From the NCBI GenBank assembly GCA_963663035.1, contig OY760074.1, positions 1,280,001 to 1,344,000 on the forward strand: a DNA stretch of 64,000 bases. The letters are read 5' to 3'. The notes beneath the pieces are model-generated. The model worked only from the letters and a program-made list of their open reading frames with translations. It made no database searches and was not told the DNA's origin. Both the position numbers and the translations under genes were made by a program. Shown piece after piece: positions 1 through 9,331 of the stretch; within the stretch, counting starts at the first letter, position 1; the number at the start of each line of letters is the position of its first letter. The stretch comes from Acidobacteriota bacterium. GTDB lineage: Bacteria > Acidobacteriota > UBA6911 > RPQK01 > JADFOI01.

Positions 1-608
1 CTGATTTTTGGTTGAGAGGGTGGCAGGTTGGTCAGAGAAAGGTCCCCCTCCAAGTTTGGGGTCCAAAGGGTACAGCGGAGATGATGGAGCATCTCAACAG
101 CGCATATAAGGTTGATATTCGGCTCCGTCTCGATTCAGGTAGCCGCTCACCTGAAGGTGCGGTCATCATTGCTCAAGATATTATCGAAGGCCAGGTGTAT
201 GAGCAAAATGGAGTGAAGGTGACGGCTTTCGAGGTCAACCACGGTTACGTCAAACCGGCATTTGGTTACCGGATTGATTATGGGGGACACTCTGTTGTTC
301 TCTCGGGAGACACCCTTCCGTCGGAAAATCTAGTGCGATTTTCTGAAGGAGTGGATCTGTTGGTTCACGAGGTCAGGATGGGGGACACGCCGACTCGTAT
401 TCACACAACACCGGAACAAGCGGGTGAAATTTTCACACGTGTGAAACCGAAATTGGCGGTTTATTCGCATACCTCCACACCTTTGGCAGATAATAGGGAC
501 CTCATCGCTTCTACCCGAAAGACTTATGATGGTCCTTTAGAAGTCGGAGAAGACCTAATGACCATTGAAGTCGGGGAGAAGATTCGGGTGAGTCGTTTTA
601 AGCCATGA
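1..608 (+). CDS. MBL-fold metallo-hydrolase, RNase Z/AtsA-ElaC family (5'-truncated)
   Basis: Vx[24 protein letters not shown] and YSH motifs; frame appears open from the window start. Confidence 0.8.
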   Translation, partial: DFWLRGWQVGQRKVPLQVWGPKGTAEMMEHLNSAYKVDIRLRLDSGSRSPEGAVIIAQDIIEGQVYEQNGVKVTAFEVNHGYVKPAFGYRIDYGGHSVVLSGDTLPSENLVRFSEGVDLLVHEVRMGDTPTRIHTTPEQAGEIFTRVKPKLAVYSHTSTPLADNRDLIASTRKTYDGPLEVGEDLMTIEVGEKIRVSRFKP

Positions 609-2992
609 TCGGCCAAACCATCTCTCACTACAAGATCACAGAGAAGCTCGGCGGCGGCGGCATGGGTGTCGTCTACAAGGCGGAGGACACCCGCCTGGGC
701 CGCAATGTGGCCCTCAAGTTCCTGCCTGAGAAGTTTGCCCAGAATCAACAGGCCCTGGATCGTTTTCAGCGAGAGGCCAGAGCAGCATCGGCACTCAATC
801 ATCCCAACATCTGCACCATCCACGACATTGGCGATCACGAGGGCCAGCCCTTTATCGTGATGGAGTTCCTGGAAGGTCAAACGCTGAAGCACCGTATCCA
901 GGGCAGCTCCATGCAAACGGATGAACTGCTCGATCTGGGGATTCAAATTGCCGACGCTTTAGATGCGGCTCACTCCAAGGGGATTGTCCACAGGGACATC
1001 AAACCTGGCAACCTCTTCATCACCCAGCGAGGCGATGCCAAGGTGCTGGACTTTGGTCTGGCCAAACTGACCCAGGAGCAGACCGAAGTGGACTCCAGGA
1101 TGCCCACGGCGCAGGTGTCGGAGGAGGCTCTCACCAGTCCTGGTACGGCATTGGGGACGGTGGCTTATATGTCGCCTGAGCAGGCCAGGGGTGAGGAGCT
1201 GGACGCTCGGACGGATCTGTTCTCGTTGGGGGTGGTGCTGTACGAGATGGCGACTGGGAGCTTGCCCTTTCAGGGGAGCACCACTGCTGTGATCTTCAAT
1301 GAGATCCTGTCCAAGGCTCCTACTTCACCAGTGAGACTGAATCCAGATTTGCCTGACAAGCTGGAAGACATCATCAACAAGTCTCTGGAGAAGGATACGG
1401 AGGTTCGTTGCCAATCGGCGAAGGATCTGGTGGCAGACCTCAAGCGGCAGAAGAGAGATACATCAGGTGAGTCAGTCGCCGCTGGAGCAGCACCCGCAGC
1501 GACCCCCGCTAAGCGGAATTACCTTTGGCCTGCAATAGTCGGTGGGCCAGGCGTTATTGTTGTGTTGCTGGCCTTGTTCTGGCCGTTCGGTGCTGCTCCT
1601 CCAGTAGAAGCAATCGACTCGATAGCTGTCCTGCCTTTTGACAATCGGAGTGGTGATCCTGAGTTGGATTACATCAGCGATGGAATCGCCGACGGTATTA
1701 TCAACAGACTGTCCCAGTTGCCTAGTTTAAATAAGGTCATCGCCAGTGCGTCGTTGAGGGGTTACAAGGGAATAGAAGTAGACCCACAGACGGTCACCCA
1801 GGAGGTCGATGTTCGCGCCGTAGTGATGGGGAGCATGGTGCAGCTTGGAGACAACATCCGAGTCAATGTTCAGCTGATTGACGGAGAAAACAACAGTGCT
1901 GTCTGGGGTGATAGCTACACCCGACCACGGTCAGCCCTCTATGAACTTGAAGAAACCCTCAGTGAGGAAATTGCCGATGCTCTCGGTATTCAGTTGACGG
2001 GCGAGGAGGGAGAGCGATTGACGAGACGCTATACAGAAGATAGCGCGGCACATGAAGCGTATCTCAAGGGACAGGCTGAATATACGAAATACACTGGCGA
2101 TGGTTTCCTCAGAGCGATCTCATATTTTGAAAGGGCGATCGAAGAGGATCCAGACTACGCTCCAGCATATGCAATTTTGGGCAGAGCGTACTACACAGCG
2201 GCTCGCGGTTTTGGAGTGATTTCGTATCAAGAGGCAATGCCAAAGGCTGAGGCCGCGGCGGAAAAAGCGGTGGAGTTAGACAATACACTTGGGTTGGCTC
2301 ACGCTGTGCTGGGAGATGTCCAACGCTCGTTCCATTGGGACTTGGTCGAAGCCGAAAAGGAATACCAGTTAGCAATTCAACTCGATCCAAACGATGCCCG
2401 TGCATATGAAGGAAATGCTTCCTTAATGGCGATACTGCGACGCTATGATGAATCGATCGCCTTAGCCAGAAGAGCCCAACAAGTCGATCCCCAGTCTGCC
2501 AGCCCGAGATACACAATGGGTCGACTGCTCGTGGTTGCGCGTCGATATGAAGAAGCTGAGCAACAACTTATGGCGACTCTGGACATCGCTCCAAATAACC
2601 AACTAGCCTATGGTGTGCTTGCCCACATGTATGAACTGACAGGTCAATACGAAAAGGCTGCATCAGCTCATCAGAAGGGATGGGTTTTAGGAGGAGCTAC
2701 TGAGGAAGAGGTAGCAGGACTCTCAAATGCGTGGACAACTTCAGGCTTTGAAGGATACTGGCAATGGAAGTTGGATTACTTAACGAACAGAGACGGGAAT
2801 CCTGAGCTAATTGACTTTGCGACAGCTTACACCAACCTTGGTGATATTGACCAAGCATTGGAAATATTGGAGAAAGCCTATCAAGAACGTGACGGCTCAA
2901 TGATCTATCTCAACGCCTTCCCCCGCTGGGACCCCCTCCGCGACGACCCTCGTTTCACTGACCTGCTGCTGCGGATGAACCTGGAGCCCTAG
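605..2992 (+). CDS. Hanks-type Ser/Thr kinase with TM segment, TolB-like domain and TPR repeats
   Basis: [29 protein letters not shown]; SIAVLPF TolB-like motif; C-terminal [10 protein letters not shown]. Confidence 0.92.
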   Translation: MIGQTISHYKITEKLGGGGMGVVYKAEDTRLGRNVALKFLPEKFAQNQQALDRFQREARAASALNHPNICTIHDIGDHEGQPFIVMEFLEGQTLKHRIQGSSMQTDELLDLGIQIADALDAAHSKGIVHRDIKPGNLFITQRGDAKVLDFGLAKLTQEQTEVDSRMPTAQVSEEALTSPGTALGTVAYMSPEQARGEELDARTDLFSLGVVLYEMATGSLPFQGSTTAVIFNEILSKAPTSPVRLNPDLPDKLEDIINKSLEKDTEVRCQSAKDLVADLKRQKRDTSGESVAAGAAPAATPAKRNYLWPAIVGGPGVIVVLLALFWPFGAAPPVEAIDSIAVLPFDNRSGDPELDYISDGIADGIINRLSQLPSLNKVIASASLRGYKGIEVDPQTVTQEVDVRAVVMGSMVQLGDNIRVNVQLIDGENNSAVWGDSYTRPRSALYELEETLSEEIADALGIQLTGEEGERLTRRYTEDSAAHEAYLKGQAEYTKYTGDGFLRAISYFERAIEEDPDYAPAYAILGRAYYTAARGFGVISYQEAMPKAEAAAEKAVELDNTLGLAHAVLGDVQRSFHWDLVEAEKEYQLAIQLDPNDARAYEGNASLMAILRRYDESIALARRAQQVDPQSASPRYTMGRLLVVARRYEEAEQQLMATLDIAPNNQLAYGVLAHMYELTGQYEKAASAHQKGWVLGGATEEEVAGLSNAWTTSGFEGYWQWKLDYLTNRDGNPELIDFATAYTNLGDIDQALEILEKAYQERDGSMIYLNAFPRWDPLRDDPRFTDLLLRMNLEP

Positions 2993-3060
2993 CCTCCACT
3001 TGCTTCCCCTCCCTGCTTGGCGATAGAATTGATCAATCATCCCGACTCCGGGAGGTCATC

Positions 3061-3885
3061 ATGAGGGAAATACAACGGTACGTCAGTTTCATCTTCGTTC
3101 TACTGGGGTCCTTTTCCTGGGGACTTGCGGGAACGGAAGAGGAGATTCAACGTCTCCAGAGCGATGTTCTCCAGCTCCAAAATCAGATTCGACTGCTTCA
3201 AAAAAGCCTTGATGACCACAGCTCTATCCTGAGGTCCCTGCTGGAGCAGGTCAATGATCAGATTGCTACCGCCAACGTCCATATGGAATCCCTGACCGAA
3301 GTCACTCAAGCTCAAAAGGTTGATCAGGAAGACTCTTTTGCCAAAGTCCGACAAGAAATCCAGGGCTTGAGTATCAAATGGGATGATACCAATACGCGCA
3401 TCGCTGCTGTGCAGCAGAAGCTCCAAGCCAGCCAGCTTCAAATCCAGTCATTACGGCAGGTCCCTTCGGTTGGGACTGCCATCGAGCCTGACCAGGTCTA
3501 CAGTTCGGTATACAACGATTTTCTTATGGGGAACTACGAGTTGGCGATTGCCGGTTTTCGGGATTTTCTCGTCAACTTCCCCGAGGGCGAGTATTCAGAC
3601 AACGCCTCTTATTACCTGGGGGTTTGTTACCACGAGATGGGGAGCTTCGAACAAGCCATTGAAGCCTTTGACCAGGTGATCAATCTCTATCCCACGGCCG
3701 ACAAAACTCCTCCCGCCTACTACAAGAAGGTTGCTGCTCAGGAGCAACTTCAGCAAAATTTAGAGGCGATTGAGACTCGAATCAAGCTGGTCACGATTTT
3801 TCCCGAATCCCAGGAGGCAATCTTAGCCCGTCATGAGCTGGAAGAACGTGGGATCGATGCCTCTGAGCTGGAAACGGGACGGTGA
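3061..3885 (+). CDS. cpoB: Tol-Pal-associated coiled-coil/TPR protein CpoB (YbgF)
   Basis: Signal peptide, coiled coil, TPRs (GNYELAIAGF..F...FP, DNASYYLG); GGAGG RBS. Confidence 0.75.
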   Translation: MREIQRYVSFIFVLLGSFSWGLAGTEEEIQRLQSDVLQLQNQIRLLQKSLDDHSSILRSLLEQVNDQIATANVHMESLTEVTQAQKVDQEDSFAKVRQEIQGLSIKWDDTNTRIAAVQQKLQASQLQIQSLRQVPSVGTAIEPDQVYSSVYNDFLMGNYELAIAGFRDFLVNFPEGEYSDNASYYLGVCYHEMGSFEQAIEAFDQVINLYPTADKTPPAYYKKVAAQEQLQQNLEAIETRIKLVTIFPESQEAILARHELEERGIDASELETGR

Positions 3886-3892
3886 CAGAGAG

Positions 3893-4342
3893 CTAAAAAG
3901 GAATATCGTCCTCGGTCATTCCCACATCCATTTTCTCCCCTTCTGCTTTCTTTCCGGGTGCCGGTGTCCCGCCCTCTGCCATTTCAATGGAGTCCTCAGG
4001 GCTGTGACCATTGGTGCCGCGAGGGCTCATCATGCGCATGTCAGAAGCGATGATCTCGGTGGTGCGGCGTTTGTTGCCGTCGCGATCATCCCACTCACGA
4101 GTCTGGATACGCCCTTCGATAAAGACCAGTTGGCCTTTGGTGAGGTACTCATTGGAGATTTCGGCCAGCTTGCTCCAGGTGACAATCTTGTGCCACTCCG
4201 TCCTCTCCTGTCGCTCTCCATTCTGATTGTTCCACCGTTCATTGGTGGCCACGGAAAAGTTGGTCACAGGAGTTCCCGACGAGGTGTATCTCATCTCAGG
4301 ATCCTGTCCCAGGTGTCCTACTAATATCACCCGATTTACCAT
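3893..4342 (-). CDS. ssb: Single-stranded DNA-binding protein
   Basis: [21 protein letters not shown]-terminal DDIPF. Confidence 0.97.
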   Translation of the reverse strand: MVNRVILVGHLGQDPEMRYTSSGTPVTNFSVATNERWNNQNGERQERTEWHKIVTWSKLAEISNEYLTKGQLVFIEGRIQTREWDDRDGNKRRTTEIIASDMRMMSPRGTNGHSPEDSIEMAEGGTPAPGKKAEGEKMDVGMTEDDIPF

Positions 4343-4423
4343 GATTACTTACCTCCCATTTAAGTTTCTCTTACTATAACGTCGGCCTCTGAAAGAATGC
4401 GAAGAATTCGGCGGCGCAGGTTC

Positions 4424-4447
4424 TTCGGCACCTGAGGTGCCTCCCAC
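4424..4447 (-). repeat. REP-like palindrome GTGGGAGGCACCTCAGGTGCCGAA
   Basis: Same 24-mer at 8951-8974 and 9042-9065, partial at 50275-50293; internal palindrome GGCACCT-N-AGGTGCC. Confidence 0.8.
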
Positions 4448-4452
4448 CCTCA

Positions 4453-7008
4453 CTACCTCCTGAGAGTGGCGTAATAAAGGCTGTTGAAGAGAAACTTATA
4501 GGTTCCTCGCGTTTGAGCTCGAAACTGGGTTCGAAAACCGATCAAGATCAACCTTCCCTTCTCCAGCCTAAACTCGGCCAAGGCCGTTTTGTCCGCCAGA
4601 TGTTCTTCACCGTTGATCCAGCCGCTCAAGAGTAAATCTTCAGAGCTGTACTGGACTACCGGCAGTCCTCGGGACAAGAGAAAGGCAGGAGAGGAATCGA
4701 ACATGACCGCCGCTTCTTCCATCATCCCATAACCAATCGGATGACGGTTATTCACCTTTACACGTAAGAGAGAGCCGGGAGCGAAAAATTCCCGCGAGCT
4801 CACCCCTTCAGTGGGATCGGAGGCCCCCAGTTGCCATTTTAGAAGCGGTAATCGGGTGGCTTCTCCCAGAAACAGAAGAGTGCCCCCGGATGCGGCAAAT
4901 TGCTTCAAACGGGCCACTCCCACCGCCCCCAGGCCACCCCGATATTGCTCCGGGTAGGGGTAGGCTAAGCCCTGCTCTATCTGCCCCGGATCTTGATGGG
5001 GAATGACGATGACATCGAAATTGGATAGATCACCTTCTCGAATCTCTTGGTCGAAAAGACTGTGATAAGGAAATTCGTAACGCTCCAGGATCCAGCGCGT
5101 CCACCCTTCATCCATCGCACCATGGAAGCTTTGGTAGAGGCCGATCCTGGGCTGGTGAATTTGTTGCCAGGCTAATACCGGCCGTTTCTTCACGCGCCGA
5201 ACCTTAACGGGCAGGCCCTCCAGCAGTTCTTGAAATTGTGTTGCATTTTCTTCGAATCTGACCATGAGCGTTCCCACAGGGAAGCCTTCTCCCTCGGCTC
5301 GGAAGCCGTTCGGTGCCCAGGATACCGAATGACCGTTTTTCAGGAGACGGTTCACCAGACGGGCAAAGGCGTTGTTGGTGTGGGAAAACAACCAGTAGAC
5401 ACCTTCTCCCTGGATTTGACCCGCAGGAATCTTTATCTCATCCATTTCCTGGAGGGGTGCCTGGAAAGGCTCCTGGACCTGATAGGTCTCAACTCCCAGC
5501 TGAATTCCCAGCGTCTGTGCAGTGACATCAAAAGGGCGCCTGAGTGGCTCACCCGGATTCTGCCGTAAATCTGGATAATGCTGGATTTCCAGTAGTGTCT
5601 TGGCAAAGGCCCCATAGGGCTGCTGCAGCAAAATCACGTAACTTCCAGCCGGAAATTCTCGGCGATCCTGGCTGCCAAGGGGAGCCGAGACAAGTCGGGA
5701 TGAGCTGACCTGGAAGGGTTCCTCCGCTCGTTGGATCTCCACTTCTCCCAAGTCCAATACATGAAGGAGGTCATGCAGAGCCTGGGGATCGCGCTGATCA
5801 GGAGGCACGACAAACGCATAGGGCGCACTTCTCTGGATGGCTTGAACTCCCACCTGGTAAAAATTTTGCAGCCAGGACTTCCGATGGCGAGCTCCATGAA
5901 GCAGTGCGGCCCTCAAAGCCACCTTCTGGTAGTCGACAATATTGCGAAGCCGCCAGAGCCCGCCCGGCCAGGGAACGGGAAAGTTCCAGCTGGGTCGGTG
6001 GGCATTGTAGTTTCTGCCAGAGCGAAGCTCTTCCCTTCTCACAATGGTGGGTGTTGCCAGACGGGCACTGGCCGTCTCAAGAAGGATTCGGACGCCAGCG
6101 TGATAGTGTTGATAAGCGCGAGCCGGAGTATAGGCGTCATACATGGCCTGGGTCACGATCCCTTCCTTACCTGCGCCGATTAAGGCCGAAAACAGATTTC
6201 CTCCAAGTGCCACGATCTCGGCCCGTAAGATCGGATCGACATTGGGATCGATGGGATCGATGAAGGGAGGCACAAACATGCGCGGGCCGTAACGACCCAT
6301 CTCATGCACATCGACGACGATTTGCGGATGCCAGACATTGTGAATCTTCTCAATGGCTAAACGTGTTTCCTTCTGTGTGAACATGTACCAGTCTCGGTTG
6401 TTGTCGTGTCCCACATAGGTGTTGTAAAGCTGGGGTGGAGGGGAGCCTTCCGCAGGCGTTCCCAATGTCTGTTTGTACCAGTGATTCACAATGTTCACGC
6501 CATCGGGATTCAAGGAGGGCACCAGGAGGAAAATGACGTTCTGGAGGATCTCCTGAGTGTCAGGATCCTCTCCTCGAGCCAGATCATAAGCCATTTCCAT
6601 GGACATTTGAGCCGAAGCCACTTCGGTGGAGTGAATGGCGCAGGTGGCCAGCACGATGGTCTTGCCCCGCTCAATCAGGTCCTGGGGGTTGGCAGTCAGT
6701 TTGCGGGGATCAGCCAAGAACTCCTGGGTCTCTTGAAAAGCTGCCAGATTGGCCAGTGTGGCAGGATCGGAGATCACCACCAGAAGGAAAGGGTTCTCCT
6801 GGGTCGTCTGCCCCAGTTCCACCACCATTACCCTGTCACTGTTCTGGTCCAGTGCCTTAAAATACCCTTCAATCTCTTGCCAGTCGGCCAGCTTGCGATC
6901 CGCTCCCACCTGAAACCCCAGAAACGCTTCGGGCGATGGGATGTCTTCTCCCCACACCGGGAGAACCAGACTGATGAAAATCAGGGCCAAAAGAGTGCTG
7001 TCTCTCAT
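4453..7008 (-). CDS. Secreted M14 zinc carboxypeptidase-family protein with C-terminal GATase-like domain
   Basis: Signal peptide; IHSTE, NPDG, DNNRD, DVHEMG motifs. Confidence 0.85.
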   Translation of the reverse strand: MRDSTLLALIFISLVLPVWGEDIPSPEAFLGFQVGADRKLADWQEIEGYFKALDQNSDRVMVVELGQTTQENPFLLVVISDPATLANLAAFQETQEFLADPRKLTANPQDLIERGKTIVLATCAIHSTEVASAQMSMEMAYDLARGEDPDTQEILQNVIFLLVPSLNPDGVNIVNHWYKQTLGTPAEGSPPPQLYNTYVGHDNNRDWYMFTQKETRLAIEKIHNVWHPQIVVDVHEMGRYGPRMFVPPFIDPIDPNVDPILRAEIVALGGNLFSALIGAGKEGIVTQAMYDAYTPARAYQHYHAGVRILLETASARLATPTIVRREELRSGRNYNAHRPSWNFPVPWPGGLWRLRNIVDYQKVALRAALLHGARHRKSWLQNFYQVGVQAIQRSAPYAFVVPPDQRDPQALHDLLHVLDLGEVEIQRAEEPFQVSSSRLVSAPLGSQDRREFPAGSYVILLQQPYGAFAKTLLEIQHYPDLRQNPGEPLRRPFDVTAQTLGIQLGVETYQVQEPFQAPLQEMDEIKIPAGQIQGEGVYWLFSHTNNAFARLVNRLLKNGHSVSWAPNGFRAEGEGFPVGTLMVRFEENATQFQELLEGLPVKVRRVKKRPVLAWQQIHQPRIGLYQSFHGAMDEGWTRWILERYEFPYHSLFDQEIREGDLSNFDVIVIPHQDPGQIEQGLAYPYPEQYRGGLGAVGVARLKQFAASGGTLLFLGEATRLPLLKWQLGASDPTEGVSSREFFAPGSLLRVKVNNRHPIGYGMMEEAAVMFDSSPAFLLSRGLPVVQYSSEDLLLSGWINGEEHLADKTALAEFRLEKGRLILIGFRTQFRAQTRGTYKFLFNSLYYATLRR

Positions 7009-8183
7009 TGCTTTTCCGTCGGCTCTTGGATTACCTGATAGAGCATAACACTACCCAAGAGAGTCAGGAGAGCCGCCCACCGGGTCACTCCCCTGTATCC
7101 CATCTGTGAGTATAGATATCCCGCCACCAAGACGGCAACGGAAATCCCCAGCTGTGAAAAAGTATTCCTCAAGGCTAGAAAGGAACCTCTCTGTTCCCTA
7201 TCGACCAGCTCGGTCTGCAGGGCTTGAAGGGCCGTCTGGCGGAAAGCGATGCAGAGACTGATGAGAAAAAAGAGCCCGATCAAGGGGCTCCCCCACTCCA
7301 GCCGATCCAACGCCAGCAGGGGGACAACAAGCAGGGTGTTGGCCACAAGAAATACTCTTCTTTTGGTGAAACGGTCGCTGATCCAACCTGAGACCGGGCT
7401 CCCCACGGCTGCCGCTACACCGGCCGTCACAAATAACCAGGAAATCTGAACCGGTCGAAGTCCAAAGCTCTGATCCAGGTAGTCGGAAATGAATGTCAGA
7501 AAGGCTAGAGTCGCACCCGAGATACAAAAAGAAACAGCCACTGCCGCTAGAGTCTCGCGCTGCAGAAGCAACCGAGGATACATGCCGAAATAAAACCGCA
7601 TGGAGCGGGGCGAAGAGAGGGTCTCTCGAGGAAGGAAGATAAGAGAACAGATGAGTAAGACAAATGCCAGTAAAGAAGAACCTAAAAAGATCGTTCTCCA
7701 GTTCCAGACCTGGGCCACCCATGCCGCCAGTGGCACCCCCAGGATCAGAGCCGCGAAGTAAGAACTCAGAACCACTCCCATGACGCGTCCACGGCGCTCA
7801 TAGGGAAAAAGATCTCCCACCAGACTGGCCGTGCAAGTGGCCAGCAGTCCGGCCATCAAACCGGTGCCCACCCTGAGCCAAAATAGCTGAGAGTATCCTT
7901 GAGATAAATAGGTTAAAACTGCTACTAAAGAAAAGAAAAATAGTCCTATTCGAAGAAAGATCAACCGACCAAAACGGTCTGATAGAGGACCCAGGCTAAG
8001 ACTGCACAGGGCGGCCGCCAGAGCGTAGCCGCTAAAGAGCCATCCCAGAGTTCTCATGGAAACATCCAACTCACGGCCCAGAATGGGCAAGAGGGGCATC
8101 AGCAGTTGATTGTCGACCGTGGCCAGAAACAAGACCCCGAAGAGAATGGCAATGATCACTCTCGAACCTCTAACTGTAGCCAT
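7005..8183 (-). CDS. MFS transporter
   Basis: About 12 hydrophobic segments; GPLSDRFGR and GWISDRFTKR motif A. Confidence 0.9.
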   Translation of the reverse strand: MATVRGSRVIIAILFGVLFLATVDNQLLMPLLPILGRELDVSMRTLGWLFSGYALAAALCSLSLGPLSDRFGRLIFLRIGLFFFSLVAVLTYLSQGYSQLFWLRVGTGLMAGLLATCTASLVGDLFPYERRGRVMGVVLSSYFAALILGVPLAAWVAQVWNWRTIFLGSSLLAFVLLICSLIFLPRETLSSPRSMRFYFGMYPRLLLQRETLAAVAVSFCISGATLAFLTFISDYLDQSFGLRPVQISWLFVTAGVAAAVGSPVSGWISDRFTKRRVFLVANTLLVVPLLALDRLEWGSPLIGLFFLISLCIAFRQTALQALQTELVDREQRGSFLALRNTFSQLGISVAVLVAGYLYSQMGYRGVTRWAALLTLLGSVMLYQVIQEPTEKQ

Positions 8184-8189
8184 GAGTTC

Positions 8190-8264
8190 CCAGGTTTCAG
8201 CTTTAAAAACTTACCTCTGACTTCTGGATTATTTCTTTCTCCTGACTCCTGCCTCCTGACTCCT
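8190..8264 (-). repeat. Dispersed heptamer-based repeat, homologous to 14381-14453
   Basis: Minus strand reads AGGAGTCAGGAGGCAGGAGTCAGGAG...AATCCAGA...AAAGCTGAAACCTGG; the same blocks occur on + at 14381-14453. Confidence 0.6.
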
Positions 8265-8991
8265 ATCTTTTCGCATCAGAAGGGCGAACGTAATTGGCCT
8301 TCAGCTGCTGGGCGGACAGGGTCTTTTCCTGTAAAAAGCGCCGATAGGCAAGTTGGCACAGTGCTTCCAGCAGATGGTTGTCGGTCTGGAGCACTTGAGA
8401 ACCTGGATAGGCCTCCAGAATTATTTTCTTGTAGAGTTGGGCGCCATCCCCCACAAAGAGACAATCCCTTGCCGGGGCGTCTTTCAGCCACAGGGCGGGA
8501 GCCATGACTTGCTCCCTCTCTTCCAGCTCAATACGGGATTCTTGGATTCTGTATATGGCCCCGTAAATTTCGTGGCGACGGGCATCGATCATGGGCGCCA
8601 CTCGGGGGTGGAGCCGACCGAAACGGTAGGCCAGTGATTCGAGAGTAGAAACGCCTACAGCGGGTTTGTTCAGTCCCTGACAAAAGCCCTTGACCGTGGC
8701 CAGGCCCACACGCACGCCGGTAAAGGACCCCGGGCCGGTGGCAACGGCAAAGCAGTCCATCTCCTCTAGCTTCAGCCTGTGCTGCTCGAGCAGGAAATCC
8801 ACCAGGTAAAGGATTTTCTCTGCGTATTCAAGCGGTGTCTTGACCATCACCGAAGCGATCACCTCGCCGTTTCGGCTCAGGGCCGCGCCTCCACTGTTGG
8901 TTGCGGTATCGATGGCCAGGATGTGGATGGGGGCAGTCGAGGTCTCGTGCGTGGGAGGCACCTCAGGTGCCGAATTCTTGCTTTCTTGCAT
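8263..8991 (-). CDS. tsaB: tRNA t6A biosynthesis protein TsaB (start uncertain: 8991 or 9015)
   Basis: ILAIDTAT, GPGSFTGVRVG, IDARRHEIY, ANYVR. Confidence 0.92.
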   Translation of the reverse strand: MQESKNSAPEVPPTHETSTAPIHILAIDTATNSGGAALSRNGEVIASVMVKTPLEYAEKILYLVDFLLEQHRLKLEEMDCFAVATGPGSFTGVRVGLATVKGFCQGLNKPAVGVSTLESLAYRFGRLHPRVAPMIDARRHEIYGAIYRIQESRIELEEREQVMAPALWLKDAPARDCLFVGDGAQLYKKIILEAYPGSQVLQTDNHLLEALCQLAYRRFLQEKTLSAQQLKANYVRPSDAKR

Positions 8992-9065
8992 TCGTGAAAG
9001 GACCCATGCTAGCACGACATGAGGAAATCATGGGCCACGGATTCGGCACCTGAGGTGCCTCCCAC
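8951..9065. repeat. Inverted REP pair (REPIN-like)
   Basis: 8951-8974 is the exact reverse complement of 9042-9065. Confidence 0.8.
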
Positions 9066-9241
9066 CGTACACTGAGATGCCTCCCACCGTACACTGAGGT
9101 GTCTCCCACCGTACACTGAGGTGCCTCCCACCGTATACTGAGATGCCTCCCACCGTACACTGAGGTGCCTCCCACCGTACACTGAGGTGCCTCCCACTGT
9201 ACACTGAGGTGTCTCCCACCGTACACTGAGATGCCTCCCAC
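9051..9241. repeat. 22-bp tandem repeat, 8 full units plus 1 partial (TGAGGTGCCTCCCACCGTACAC)
   Basis: Units start at 9051, 9073, 9095, 9117, 9139, 9161, 9183, 9205 and 9227; single-base variants; no spacers. Confidence 0.95.
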
Positions 9242-9331
9242 TCACTACAGCACGACCATACAGAAAAATTCATACCCGCTTGTTAAAGTAGCAGAAAGCC
9301 AAGAGAGGCAGCGGGAGGGGCATTAGCAACG

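Noticed and set aside
9051-9241. CRISPR array
   Set aside because: Units are contiguous with no unique spacers, and there are no cas genes.
8963-9273. Repetitive small ORFs as RiPP precursors
   Set aside because: They are translations of a 22-bp repeat that is open in all three minus frames, with no maturases nearby.
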